In this document: in pieces, positions 35,984 to 49,843 of the stretch
Position numbering within the stretch: position 1 is the stretch's first letter
Layout: every line of letters starts with the position of its first letter
Made by a program: the position numbers and the translations under genes
NCBI GenBank assembly: GCA_000934665.2
Contig: KZ538004.1
Span: forward strand, 62,001 to 126,000
DNA from: Catajapyx aquilonaris
Lineage: Eukaryota
Direction of reading: 5' to 3'
DNA: 64,000 bases
Notes under the pieces: generated by a model
What the model was told of the DNA's origin: nothing
Database searches by the model: none
What the model saw: the letters and a program-made list of their open reading frames with translations, nothing else

Positions 35984-37717
35984 ATATTCCAGTACTAGTA
36001 TATATATGTATATAAGGGGGCTTACCCAGCATAGCCATCTACAGCCCCCGGCTCCATCAACAACTAATCACCGAATAGTGTCAACATCATAAACGAACAA
36101 GAAGAGCCAAACAATCCTGGATAAAACCGAAAACCGAAAAACCTTAAGGCGCGACCACAAAAGCAATTACTAACACGCTCAGAGACGCATACAATTTTGA
36201 GCCTCAGATTTAGAGAACCAAGAGAACCAAGAGATTAAGAGAACTAAACCTAAGAGAGGGGGACTAAGAGAACTAAACCAGTACATATTCAAACTCCGCT
36301 GGCGACGGAGCTCACCGCACGGTGACACATCACATTCATCCATTGATCCCCCGGAGCCAAGCATCAGCTGCTAAACAAAGAGAATTAAAGCTCCTCAGAA
36401 GAGCTCCCATGAGCATCCTTGGAGAAGGAGGCCAGCCAGCACCGCTCCGCAAGGCCAGCCGCATCACCCCAGATATTCCAGTACTGAAAATATTAACACG
36501 CTTGCCCCTTGCCCCTCTGAATAATTTATTAACAATTGAATGTGGCACGTGGGGATATAAGAGACCGCTTCGGAAAGAACTCGGCAAGCGAACGGCTCGG
36601 TAGGGCAATGGATAGGGTTCCGGCCTACAAATTGCAGGGTCGTGGGTTCGAACCCTTGTGTGGTTTCGTTTCTCTCTCCCTCTCCCTCTGCCTCTCTCCC
36701 CCTCCCTCCCTTTCTTTGTGGCCACAGCCAGCCGATGAGGCGGTGGTGTGTGTTCCTGAATCTTCCCTCCAGGAGTTTCAGGCCACATCCCCCAGGCAAG
36801 CCACCAGGACTATGCAAGCCTATCAACTCAGCAGAGCCTCCCCGCTGTTGCCACATCACACTCAAGACTCTCTCTCTCTCTCTCTCTCTCTTTCCCCNNN
36901 NNNNNNCTGCCCCCTCCCTTTCCACTAGTCCACCCGAGATGGCTTCTATTTCACCAAAGCAAACCTCAGCTGGCAGAGTGAACTTCAAGCCCTGCACTGT
37001 GCACATGATGTGTATTTTGACATCATATGCAGGATTTGTTTCGCTGCGGACCAGGGAAACTTAGGTGTATATGAGGGAAAGCATTGTAAGTGGGAGCATT
37101 ATATCAAGGTTTTACTGTAGTCCAATATTGTTCTTCCTGACCTAACACACCATCAAGCTCAAAAGCCAAGAGTTGTAGCTCCAGTTTCCTCTTATTGCTA
37201 TAGACATTGTCCACATGCTTATATGATAAATTGTGTGCTCTGGGGTGGTACCAACATGTGTGATTGCAAATAACCATATGTGAACTAAAAATAACATGTT
37301 TTCCAGATCAATTTTTGGCCAGGTTTCATATTGTCTTATATCACTGCAATGGTGGTTTAAAATGTGACCCTTCAATTTGATTTCAGTATAGATATTCTGA
37401 TTACTATTCAGAAGCTGCTATGATACTTAACCCAGATATGCCAGGAAAAGTTTTTGTTGAATTTTTGAACTTTTTTTGTTTCTATTAATTCATATTAGTT
37501 CCCAAAACACAAAAATCGAGATGAAACATTTTTCTGAATGCTTGTTTGCAAGAAAATGGCCGTCCCCTACAATTATGGGATGCTAGGAAAATGTAGCCTA
37601 GTGTGGCTATAGTAGTAGTTGATTACATTACCATGGCAACAGTGACATTCAGCAATATCCATAGTTTCATAATATCACCAATGATTGATTGTTATCATTT
37701 GCATTTTCACGGAAACA

Positions 37718-38017
37718 ACCGAAGCAGTGGTAGCGGAGGGGATATGGTATCCGACTGCTAATCGGGAGGTCCTGGATTCGAATCCCGGTGGCCGCCGACC
37801 CTGACCGTGGTTTTCCGTGGTTTCGCATGGTCTCACCAGGAAAATTCCAAGGTCATGTCCGTAATTATAGGCCACAGCCGCTTCCTTCCGTCCCTATCCC
37901 ATCCCCATATACGAGAAGTAAAAACGAAAGCAAGAGTTCCAGATAAAAAAATATGGTGGTATCCCACCCCCCTAAGCCCATGGCTCTAGCACGGGGTACA
38001 AATTATTATTTTAAAAA

Positions 38018-38068
<51 letters not shown>

Positions 38069-38082
38069 CATCATCATCATCA
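37718..38082 (+). mobile_element. SINE family 1, tail type B
   Basis: TSD TCACGGAAACA; (ATT)n/(ATC)n tail. Confidence 0.85.
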
Positions 38083-39527
38083 TCACGGAAACAGGCCGTT
38101 CAAAGAAGGGGTTGTAATTGAGTAACAATCAACAACAATCAAGCATTGTTGCCATGGTTGACATGTTAACTAATTGCAATGTAATCTCGTTTTAATTATA
38201 TGGATTCATTACAATACAGTTCAACAAAGCATACAAAATCCACACGCATACTTTACTTGTCCAAATGTGTGTGCATTTGCCTCTTGTCTTCCCCAGAAGG
38301 GACACCAAATTTCAACACTAATCTCAGGCAAGGAAAGTAAAAAATATGCCTACATTTCCCCATCGACATCATCATTCATAAGTTTTCTAAGTATTACAAA
38401 CAATAAATAACTCATAGCAATAATCAACATTTGAGAATTAATTTCTAATCATATTTGATACATGAAGGTGCAGCCATGATTTCCTGCGTTAAAATTCAAG
38501 CACCTGTATCTTAAAAATCTGAAGCAATATTGAGCAGGTTTGAACTTGTATTGTTAGCTGGGACTCTCCTGAAGCACACGTGACTACGGCCAGCTCTTTA
38601 TCAGCAGAAGAACCCGCGCAGAAAAATTAGAATGTAACAACTGTGTAGGTGTCCCCTATAGGGGACACTCGGCATATCTGGGTTAATAATAAGCAGATGA
38701 ATGTCTTAAATTGATAACAATTGAAACAGGTACTTTAATTAAATCACACTGTATCATTATGATGGAGTGTAATTTTGCCATGACTTCTCTGCAAGGCCAT
38801 ATTTATTGTAACACTTTCCATCATTTGGAATACCGGTATCTCTGTAGAAAAAAGGTTGATATCATCAATGGCATAGCCTTGTTGATGCAATTTTGTGCAG
38901 CAAATATAACGACATTGTCTAAATAATTCAAAGTCATCATGTTTGGACCAACAGCTGATCACCCAACGCAACGGACTGAATCTATTTTGTTTAAAAACTC
39001 GTTTACGTTTAAATACTTCTGAAATAAACATCATCATTTACAATGCAGTCTCATTGAGATGAAAGAACCTCTGACAGCAACAAAATCTTTAGAGTGATAA
39101 ATAAGTTGTAAATCCTAGTCCAAATGTTTTAAAGGGAGAATGAACCAATTAAAAAATTACAAATGAAAATTAATAATTATTTGTTGGTGAGAGGGCTCTC
39201 TGGAAAATGTCTGTGGATCAAGCTCTTCTGACCCATGTCTCAATTTATCTCTGCTTAAACCCAGCTGACATGAGCTCGTTGACAAGTGCATAATAACCAA
39301 ATCACCTTAAGGTGCCTCAGAGCTTCTACTCTTTTGTCCCTAATTTTAATAGCTCCTAAGTCACAGGCTAGTGACATGTGAGAGTTAAATTATGCTTTCT
39401 TAACATTTAATCGTTGTTGGTGCTGACACTGAGTGCAGTTCATGAGTGATCACAAAGAGGCAGTTAAAGAGCAAGTACCAGTACACACTCCTCCGTCTAC
39501 TAATAATGTAAAAACAACACCTTAAAG

Positions 39528-39760
39528 CAGTGGTTTCCAACCTTTTACCGACTGCGACCCCCTAAACATGTTTCCATATATGTGCGACCTCCCTCCCCCC
39601 TAGCCCCTTCTAAAACTGACCTATTTCCAGAAAACATACACTCTGTACGGCCGCAAAAATTGTTCAATTTACACAGAAATCGCAAAAAATAAAAATAAAA
39701 TTGAACAAAGGCTCGCGACCCCCCACGACCCTCCCGCGACCCCCAGGTTGGAAACCACTG
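39528..39760. mobile_element. hAT MITE family A, copy 3
   Basis: TIRs; TSD CCTTAAAG/CCTTAGAG. Confidence 0.9.
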
Positions 39761-40312
39761 CCTTAGAGGCTTTAGAACTATAAATCATGACAGAAAGTCT
39801 GAGAACTGTCACCAGCTAAGTTCATGTGCAGAAAAGAAAACTTGAGATACTTATTAGTGATTTTACAAACAACCTACTGAGTGCAAAATGTTGAATGTTG
39901 TCTGTTTAGAAACACATGTAATTAAAACAGGAATTCTGGTTATGCTATTTTATGCAACAGCATCAACATCAATACAAGGTTTTTTTCTATTAGCAAGTTG
40001 CCATACCCTTAAAGCTTTAAACTTACTCCCACTTCATTGAACATTGAATTTATGAAAATACATGATATGCAGCTACTGCTGCAAAATAGTTTCCCATCAT
40101 ACCACTGGTGGCAAGCACAGGCAGAATACTACTTCCTTCAAAGCATTATTTCATTACTGTTGGATGATAATAAAAGTGAGCTGTGGTATATGAAAGGAAT
40201 GTCTATTAGTTGTTTCAGGAGAGCCAGAGGGTATTGCTGTGTGTGGCTTTCAACCTTGTTAGCTTTCTGTTCATGTTCTTATGCATTGTCACCAGCGTTA
40301 CCTTTTCATTAA

Positions 40313-40955
40313 AGGATGAGGCACAAAATATATGGGCGAGTGGCCTTCCGTTCGATTTACCTGAAAATTTGATATGTTGTGGCCCAGACCATCCTGATCA
40401 ATGTTAGATAGGGACATTTCGAGGTAGGACCTACAGGGAGCATGCTAATGACCTCCGCAGGTAATAGGGGGAGTAGTAGACTACAATAAGTCTCAGGAAC
40501 TCAATGGTTATTGCATTAAATTATCTATTAATCTTTATTACCTATTCATCTGGTTCAAATTCTACTCCTTGAAGGTTGTCATCTGGAGTTTCCTCCAGCT
40601 GCACTTCAACATTCATTGGGTCAGTGTAAGGAAGCGAGGTTTCTCTCACAGCAGTCTTCTAGCCTCTTCGATGAATAGCAATTAGCATGCTCCCTGTAAG
40701 TCCTACCTCGAAATGTCCCTATCTAACATTGATCAGGATGGTCTGGGCCACAACATATCCAATTTCCAGCCAAATCGAACGGAAAACCAAATCATATCCC
40801 ATATGACCTTCGGAGGTCAATAGCACCCTCCCTGTAGGTCCTACCTCGAAATGTCCCTATCTAACATTGATCAGGATGGTCTGGGCCATAACATATCCAA
40901 TTTTCAGGCAAATCGAACAGAAGGCCACTCGCCCATATATTTTGTGCCTCCTCCT
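40313..40955. mobile_element. Kolobok-like element with TIRs of about 150 bp and a duplicated right arm
   Basis: TTAA-AGGA start; left arm 40313-40462 is inverted at both about 40680-40790 and about 40805-40955. Confidence 0.7.
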
Positions 40956-41361
40956 TGGCCATTTCAACAATGGTTCTCTTTTTAGGATATGCATGATTTC
41001 AATGGAAATGCATATTTTAGATCAATTATGTTTTATTATTTCAAGAGCCATTGGTTTAAGGGTGTGGCAACAAAAAATGTAATCTGAAAAATTACAAAAA
41101 TGAGTTCCTGGATGATTGGAAACAACAAGGATCAACGTACCATATGCAGAGTGAGAAGACTGCCAACCATATATCAGTTGAAACAAAATGAGTTATTTTA
41201 CTACATGCATTATTTGTTTATATGCCAAAGGAGACAGCAAAGAACAAATTAATGTAGCCCAAATTTTTGCTTTCGCTTCAATTAGTTCATCAAATAATCT
41301 TTGATATTTTCCACCCCCACTGCTGAAGGTGTGCAGTTGGCAAACATGGTACCCCTTATGT

Positions 41362-41724
41362 CAGGGGTGGGAAAACTACGGCCTGCGGGCCGGATCCGGC
41401 CCGTGAAGACAGTTTGTGCGGCCCGCGCAAATATTTCGGTATTCCTGAAAATGTTGAAAAATTAAAATTGCATAATTTTATGCCTGTGCATTTCTTTTTA
41501 ATTCTATGAAATTCACAAAAATATTGTTTTTTATTTATACAAGCCATTTTCATTGATATATTTAGCTAATTTTATCGATTTTAGAGAATTTAATGATAAT
41601 TTATGCAATTAATGGAAGTTCATTTAAAACGATGGATAGTTGAAATTTCTTTTGTTAGATGCGGCCATCAATTTTTTTAAAAATCTCTATGCGGCCCACG
41701 GAGAAAAAAGTTTGCCCACCCCCG
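41362..41724. mobile_element. hAT (Charlie-like) MITE
   Basis: CAGGGGTGGG termini, GCGGCCC repeats, TSD CCTTATGT/CCTTATAT. Confidence 0.85.
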
Positions 41725-41922
41725 CCTTATATGAATTGGTTAGCAGACCTGGCCCTAAAAAGTAGCTAATCATAAAGATGATAATGACACTCCATTAACA
41801 ACCATTTATTAAATAGCGATGTCCAAAGTTTTTTAATAATGTACAATTAATACAAAACTAGATGGTATTAAAATATCAGTTTTGTTTACGTCAAGTGCCA
41901 TGTTCAGCTATTTTATCACTAA

Positions 41923-42047
41923 GGGCCGGTTTCACCGAGCTCAGTATATGATAAAACCAGGTTATTTCTCAAAATCCCTATCTATTTGTATGGATTTTCC
42001 TAAAGAAACCTGGTTTTATCATATACCAAGCTCGGTGAAACCGGCCC
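41923..42047. mobile_element. PIF/Harbinger-like palindromic MITE
   Basis: GGGCCGGTTTCACCGAGCT TIRs, TAA TSD. Confidence 0.85.
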
Positions 42048-42154
42048 TAAGGGTAAGGAGCATTGAACTCACAGTAAAACTAATCTAGCAGGATTTTACT
42101 TCAACATTGTTATTAATACATTTTGGTTAATTGGTTAATTTGAGGTTTTTTAAA

Positions 42155-42249
<95 letters not shown>
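42155..42249. repeat. (ATT)n microsatellite
   Basis: perfect trinucleotide run. Confidence 0.98.
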
Positions 42250-42250
<1 letters not shown>

Positions 42251-42756
42251 CCAATCCAATTAAATGAAAATACCCCATGTTGGGTAGAGGAATGGAATTA
42301 TACATCATTACCTATTTGTCTACATAATATCAGGAAATATGGATGTATGTGCACCACCATCAGGCAACCTGTCATGGAAGACAGTTTCTGCCAAAGCTAC
42401 AGAGTCAAAGCTGCCCAGCTGCAAGGATTTTACACGCCCCTCCAATACCAGCCTTATGCCTAGTGATCTCTGTTATATTTTTAAAAAATTTATCTGAGTG
42501 TGAGTTCTTACCATAAAAGTCACTGACATCAGAAATGCTCTCTGGGTACCAGTGGCACGGAAATGGTCCAGACACTTGGGGGCAGGCCGACCATTGATAA
42601 GTGTCAGGACCATTTCTCTGCCGATAGTACCTTTATGCACAGGTGGAAGTGTTGCATGACTAGGTCAATAGTGAGACAAGTGTATAAATATCTCCACATG
42701 ATATGTTGAAAGATAGGCAAAAATGTGTACTTTCATTTTTGCATCCCACTGTATAA

Positions 42757-42983
42757 GCGCCAAACATGACTAACCCTCTTGAGGGGGTAAATGGTTTTAG
42801 GCGCGTTTTCTGAATCAGCAACCGCGAATTGTCTGCCTGCAAACATGACTATGCCACTCTCCTGTTCTGGATGGTAATGATTGGAATTCTTGCTGCTACA
42901 TTCTTGATTTGTGAAAAGATCTCATCAACATCTAATCAACATTTTCTCAACATTAACCTGTGAGGGTTAGTCATGTTTGGCGC
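42757..42983. mobile_element. Small TIR element (Harbinger-like)
   Basis: GCGCCAAACATGACTAACCCTC inverted termini, flanks TAA/TGA. Confidence 0.7.
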
Positions 42984-44315
42984 TGAGCCCTTCATATAAT
43001 GCCATATTTGTAACTGTACAAATCACTGTCCCAAATCACTTGCATGAACAAAGTCCAGATGAAGAGAACAATGACGTGTGTTGCAGATAGGCTAAAATGA
43101 TTTGTAAGTTATTACGATGGGAATCTCAGATGTGTTACGGCTTGGAAATTCATCGTATATAAAGAAAATGAGCACAAGTCAGTGCATTTCTATATCTTTA
43201 TTACAGTATTGTTCTTCCACATCTTATGCACCTTAGTTACACTCAACCATGCAATTTTTAATATTAGCCCTTCCTTGTAATGACTTTTGTAGTAGGAAAG
43301 GTTGTTTTATTCTCTCCCTCTAGGAAGGATTTATTGTAACAACACATAATGCTTGATGCTGACAGACAAGAGCACAATCCACACAAGTTGTTGGCTGTCA
43401 CAGTGTTATTGGTCTCCCAATATCAATTTCTATTCATTACCCAGTATTATTTAATAATGTGCATATGGTTGCTGAGGTCACTCAGTTGCATTATCACGCC
43501 ATAATCTATTGTTATTATGTCAGTCACAAATTTTTTTTTTTTTACTAATCAGGCATTTAAACAAACCTTCAGTGACATCTCATTGCTTCAAAAAGTGGTT
43601 GGGTTGAATCTTCATATGAAATATCAGTGTGTTGGTAATAACAAAAGTATTGACATATACATCCACTTGCATCAACTCAAATGAAGAGAATATCTCTGAT
43701 TATGTATTGCAAATACCTATACATGATCAGAGATTTTTTTCATAAATTATGTTGATATGACTGGTCCTTAGCATTTGTATGGTGTTAATGAAAACTTTAC
43801 TCTTAAAATATACTGGAAGTTCAAGCTTCTGAGATATGGCTAGAAAGAGTCTAGTCATAATTTCTATATGCCGCAAGGAACAGTTTAAAATTATACCAGT
43901 TTCATTTTAGTGAAGGCAACCAAGAGCTACTGTAACTGGCCCAATGAATAGCTGACCTGATGCTTCTCCTGTCAAGTGATTTTATTCTAGTTTGTGGAGG
44001 AGGAAGGAATTGACCTGTGTGTGGGTTGTTGGGCGCATGGAAATGCAGGGCAGTAGTATGCAATAAGGAAGCAGCACCATACCCTGTCTACTTCACAGGC
44101 AAGAACAGAATCAAATGTGCCAGTTCAGTTGCACACTGGGTCAGGAGTATTGTAGTGATAAAAATCCTAAGCTGCCATTTCTCTACATGTTGCGATAGGA
44201 TCTGTTCCATCCCTCGGATGATATTCTCACAGTGTGACAGGCTTCACATGGAGTGGTCAGAGTAGGGTATGATGTGGCAGTTATTTTGTTTCCCCCTGGT
44301 AGGATGAAAGCATAT

Positions 44316-44529
44316 GAGGCGCTCAGAGAAAAAACGGCATATCCCAACCGCCCTCTGATTTTGAGATTGTAGTGCTTTTGTCCGACATGAATTGGGATAT
44401 GCCAAAGCTCACATATTCCACTTGTAAAATTGGTCCCTAATGGAAAATCATATTCTCTTGCAACACAAAAAGCTGTTTATCTCAAAATGAACTCCGGTTG
44501 GGATATGCCGTTTTTCCTCTGAGCGCCTC
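44316..44529. mobile_element. MITE with GAG termini (Sola-like)
   Basis: 35-bp TIRs GAGGCGCTCAGAG..., 4-bp flanks ATAT/ATGT. Confidence 0.75.
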
Positions 44530-45079
44530 ATGTTTCCAAATTAAAATTTGGCAGAGGAGATAATAAACATTTAGGAGTTTTGTTGGGAAAAGGATGAAGA
44601 AGGAGGACATTGAGGTTGGTTAGTGGTTAGACCTGCATATGGTTATACCATACCATTTATGTGTTCAGTATGGATGCAACTGAGTGACCTGAATGACATC
44701 CACATATTATTGAATGTGGTAATTGAAACTTTTTGAAACTATGCTAAACTTGATGCAATTCTATGGTGCTGCTCTAGCATTTATTTCATTGGACTGGTTC
44801 CTGACATATAGAATTTAATGATGAGATATTATTAACATGCACCTGCGTTTACAACATGGTCAGTATCACGGCCTAATATCTCGAGTAACATTATTGACTA
44901 CTCTAGTTATGATAGTTGTTTCTGATACTCTCAATATGTACATATTTTGTCCCATAGAATTTTGTCAGTTGCCAATCTCATGAACTGTGCCATTTTTATG
45001 CTTTGTTGAGGCTTGAAAGTGACCCATTAACTATTAATGTAAATTAAATGCATTGACAGGCACAATGTGACAGAGTATT

Positions 45080-45080
<1 letters not shown>

Positions 45081-45138
<58 letters not shown>
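45081..45138. repeat. (TAA)n microsatellite
   Basis: perfect run. Confidence 0.97.
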
Positions 45139-45139
<1 letters not shown>

Positions 45140-47679
45140 TGTTTGGATGGGAGTGTCAAATGTGGAATATTATATGGTTATGTACTGTGAGTTGGCATTT
45201 ATTTTTTTGGCAAGAAAACTATAACTTGATGTATTGGATATTTTAACTCTTCTCTGTGGTTGTTACGGCATGACTAAGGTCATAGTAGTTCCTTCATCTT
45301 ATGTGAAAAGAGTGTATCATAATTATGTTATTACAGTGCTGAGTCACTGTCCCATTTCTGCCATAATACCTCCTTTTTTTCTGTGTTAGAAAAAGGCAAA
45401 TTGTATTTGTAGTCATGCAAGATTGAATTGTAGCATCTCTCCCATGAAAAATAAGTGCATGAACATCACAACAATCACCTTCCCTGTGGCCATTGTGTAA
45501 CTAGGTCAAAGTTTGGTAATTTTGCAATAAGTGTTACTAGATCTGTGATGAGAGCATTAGGATGAGGTTGTGAAGCCATGTGCTTTAGATTTTTGGAGTT
45601 GCAAGGCAGACTATGTCTGTAGCCTTGAAAATTGCCACCAAATCACACCAGAATCCTTTGGAAATATGAAAATAAATTGTATTGAATCACTTGTAGTATG
45701 AAAGTGGTTCAGTTGGGCCAGCGCAGAAGCTGGACCATGAGATTTTGAAGTCTCATGGGTCAGGAGTTTGACTCTCCATTATAGGCAGCAGTTTATATTG
45801 GCCATATTCAGTCTTATAGAATGTATAACTATCTGACCTGTGGTGACTAGTGAACTCCCTGAATCTCATTGGCATGTCACTAACAGTACAACTGCTTTAG
45901 TGATGGAGAGATGAAGCATAATTTTTTATATCCCATGAACCACGTTCAACTAGAGTATAAGATATTAAACATATCATCACAGACTGACCCCTACTAGCCA
46001 TTGTACAAGGTGTGCAAAAGTGTAATTTTTTTAAACAATAAAGAATATTGCCAAAGGCTCTTGAGGGCTTAACAAGTCACTACCAAAGGAACACTTGTGA
46101 TTTTTTAAGTGCTTGTAAGTGTAATGTTTTCAGAAGGGTTTTTTAAATAGAGAAAAAAGGGTTCCACAACAGCAAACCTGTTGAAGATTGCTGGACTAGG
46201 CACAGGCACTTTCAGAAACAGTGACCTTCCATGACTCCAGATTAAGTAGACATCTCACGAACCCAGCCTGCAATCCTTTACACCGGGATTGGTTCAGGAG
46301 GATGAATTGGTAGAGTGCAGCTGGTACTGTGTGTTTTACACTGGGGATACTTCCAAGTTTTGTCCAGTCATGGCTTGATGTCAAAAGGTTTTCAGTTTGT
46401 TTGAATGGGAAGGAGCCAAAGCTATAAGATACAGAGAATGGTAGATGGAGGATCCCATGTTTTAAGATCCTAGAATTCCAACCAAGATAATAAATAAGTG
46501 ATAGAAACCACCCATATGGCTAATGCCAAATACTCTTCAACATTTTCATAGAATGGGGAACATTTTTAATTTCCTGTATTGACAACAACATTTACATTTG
46601 TAATAGGCTTATCCAAAGAATTGGTAATTTGGATCACTACAGACAGTATATCGAAATAAGAGAAAGTGAGGAAATGTCGGGATACTTAAGTTGGAATTTA
46701 CCTTTGGCAGTTATCAGGTTAATTTGCAACTTAAGGAACAATATATTCTAAGTGGTTCTGGTTTAAAGGAATCCAGATTAACTTCTCCTCGTCTGAGTCC
46801 TGTTTGCTCTGTAATATGGGAGTTCCCTTCACTGAGTTCACCATTCATCATGTACTGTACTTGGGTCATTTTCATTTTTTTTTGCGCAAATCCAGATATT
46901 TGTTTGTGAAATATGAAACCTAAACGTCATAGATTTTACTTATACCACATGATTTGGAATCACCTGTAGTATTTTAATCCCATGTTGGACATGATATGGT
47001 CGGGAAAGTTTAATTGATATTACCTCTTGGTGGCACCCATAGGGGAGGGACCTAACCTTTGGTATACACAAAAACCATTGAAAAGCCTAGAAACACCCCA
47101 CACAGTTGCAATATTTAGTCCTATTTTGGCATGTTGCACTCATGAGAAAGCATACAATATGGAATCATGCCAATAACCATTAATATTTGGTCTGACTTGA
47201 TCCTTGTAATTGAGCACATTGATGATAATCAGATGACAGTGGCTCTAGGCACACTTTGGTAAGCAGAAAGAGAGTGCCTTGAAACAAGGATTTTCCCATG
47301 CCATCTCTTCTTACCATTTCTTGCCTTTTGCCATCATGGTGGGTCAGATTTCAATCCATACCATAGGTGTTGGCTGGGTGTCTCCTCTAGGTTACCTCTC
47401 TCACATTGATGTAAAGCTGCCTCTTATCTATCACCCAAGGAAACAATTGATGGCCATTTGATGATAATAATAGTAACAAGCAATATTGAGTTAGTGTACC
47501 ACCCATGTTGGGCATATGGCACGGTACCTTTATTTGCTTTTAGGTGTACAAGCGCTTGGTCATTATCTCTAATTCCCAGATACTGTGAGGGAGGGAGGGA
47601 CATATGCAAGCGCAATGTCATTTTGTGTATTCCCCTGGGGGCTGCTAAGTTAGTGGAAATCCAACCTGATTCTATGCTG

Positions 47680-47990
47680 GAGCCCCCAAATAGTATCTCC
47701 ACCTTGCCATGGTGGGTGGGCTTCTGTTTCTCCCATGATCCTGAGAGCTAGGCAGGCAGTAGCTTCATCTATTGGCAGGGTCTCCCAAGCCAGACAGGTC
47801 TTTGGGGTAGGACACAGACAAAGAGAGTGCAAGTGTTTCCTCTCTTCTTTTTTTCTCTTCGTTTCTCTCTCCATCTGTCCCACCTTTGTATCTTCTGATA
47901 GCCAGATAGCCATGTTGCTTTTGCTCCTTCCCAATCAATCAATCATTCAACTGAAGATGGAGACAACGAAACTCCCTATGAAATGAGAAA
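47680..47990 (+). mobile_element. Decayed RTE-clade LINE 5' UTR remnant
   Basis: CACCTTGCCATGGTGGGTGGGCTT...ATGATCCTGAGAGCTA...GGGTCTCCCAAGCCAGACAGGTC resembles RTE 5' UTRs as recalled. Confidence 0.6.
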
Positions 47991-48926
47991 GAGAAGTCCT
48001 GGCTTGGGATCGTGCCCGGGACCTCCTATCTGTGGGCAGAAGCATTACTGCTGCACCACTCCATGTCCCCACTGACCCTTTGATGATCTTGTACCTGCAT
48101 GTCCACTCCCAGTCACCCCTCCCTTGCTCATGGAACTGCAGCATTATCGTAAAGGTTCGCAAAGATGTCATTGACAAAACACAAACTTTTTGTTCCAGAC
48201 TATCAATCCAGGCAGGGGACAATACAATTATTACGTAATTACCATATTTACTTAAATCTAAGTTGCACCCTAGTTTTAAGTCGTTTTAAGTAGTGAAATT
48301 TGAAAAAATAGAATGCTTTGTACCAGGTTCTAAGATGCACCCTATTTCCCCTCGTATTTGTTGAAGACAAAAGTGCATCCTAGATTCGAGTAAATTGAGA
48401 ATTAAATATCACCTCCCCACTAACAACCTTACTGCCACAAAGACATTATTCTTATACACCTAGAAATTCCAAGCAATAGAGCTCAGAATCTCTACCCTTT
48501 CAATTCTCCCATGTAGGCTCATTTGCATCTAGGCCAAGATTGCAGTGACAGCACGAGCAGAATTCACCACTATAAGCAATCATAAGGATGTTGCAAGTTG
48601 CCAACTATAATAATTGATGTATCATCACCATCATCTTTTATGAGATACCACATGATTGGCACGTGACTTCTCATAGGAACACCTTTTAATTTCTTGCTTT
48701 CTTTATGGTATACGATGTGGAAGGAATTTTGAGAAACCCAAAATGACATATACGAATATAGAGAGAACTCACTAGTCACTTATATGACACAAAAGTGTCA
48801 TGGCTTGATGTGACTGAATAAGTAATAACAAGGAAAAATATTAACCAATTGTGAAACTTTTGTTCCATGTGAATGGCTCCTCTGAAACACCTCCCACATC
48901 TGCCTGATGCAGGGATCATACACATA

Positions 48927-49840
48927 CTGTGGCGCCTCATACTTCGAATTTAATTAGTTCCAGGAGTTTGTTCAAACTTTGAATTGTTCGAAGTCTGAAT
49001 AACTTTTCCCCATAAGAAACAATGGAAAGAGAGTTAATCCGTTCCCAGACCCGAAACAATACCCATTTTGATAAACTTAAACAGAAAATACACATAATTT
49101 AAGTCAACATCACACAATTAAATGCCCTAAATAAATAATAAATTAAAACATGAAAACAATAAATAAAATGTCAACATTGTAGAATCTCTACCTCTATAAA
49201 TAAGGAAGTTTGTGAGTTTGTCAGTTTGGATGTTTGTCCCTTATAGAAATCCGGGGAAAGGCCCCTACACCGCCTTATATTAGCATATCGGGAGTTACAT
49301 TTTTCAAGGAATTTAATGCCGCATGTTTCAGCTTCCGAAAATGAACCTAACACCCATAACACGCATATTCCCAATTAACCAATTATCAATTACCTATTTA
49401 ACAATATTCATAGATTTCAATGGTAATGCCCTCATTACATTGTAGGCCTACCACCATAACATACCCGGGCAACGCCAGGTAACCTGCTAGTAAAATATAA
49501 ATTGCATTTACTGCAGCATCAGTTAGGAGTGGTGATGCCCCGTGTGGCTGGTGGAGAGGACCAGAAAGGTTACTGTTTGGAAGGGGAGTCACCTTACATT
49601 ATGTATAACCAAACACACCAAAATTAAGTGATAAAAGCATTGAAAAAACACAAGCATATCGCAAGATGCTTTCACAGCAAGAGTGAGGGAAGACTAGGAC
49701 GCAAAACTTATGGCATTTAGGCACTGAGAGCATTCTTTCACTGTGCGCACAGTTTGAACTTAGAAGCATTGTTCGAACTCTGGATCGAAGTTCTCCCGAA
49801 GTTAGCATTCGAACTCTGGAATGTTTGAAGTAAGGAGCAT
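48927..49840. mobile_element. Tigger-like element (inverted sibling of 14672-15310), interrupted by a Helitron and cut off at a SINE
   Basis: reverse-complement similarity to 14690-15310. Confidence 0.75.
49185..49490 (+). mobile_element. Non-autonomous Helitron
   Basis: 5' TC, 3' hairpin (ACCCGGGCAACGCCAGGT) followed by CTAG, inserted between A and T with no TSD; absent from the sibling element. Confidence 0.85.
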
Positions 49841-49843
49841 TCG

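Noticed and set aside
42131..42463. Poly-Ile ORF (also 61426-61845 and the YIHT repeat ORF 63189-63455)
   Set aside because: Translations of microsatellites
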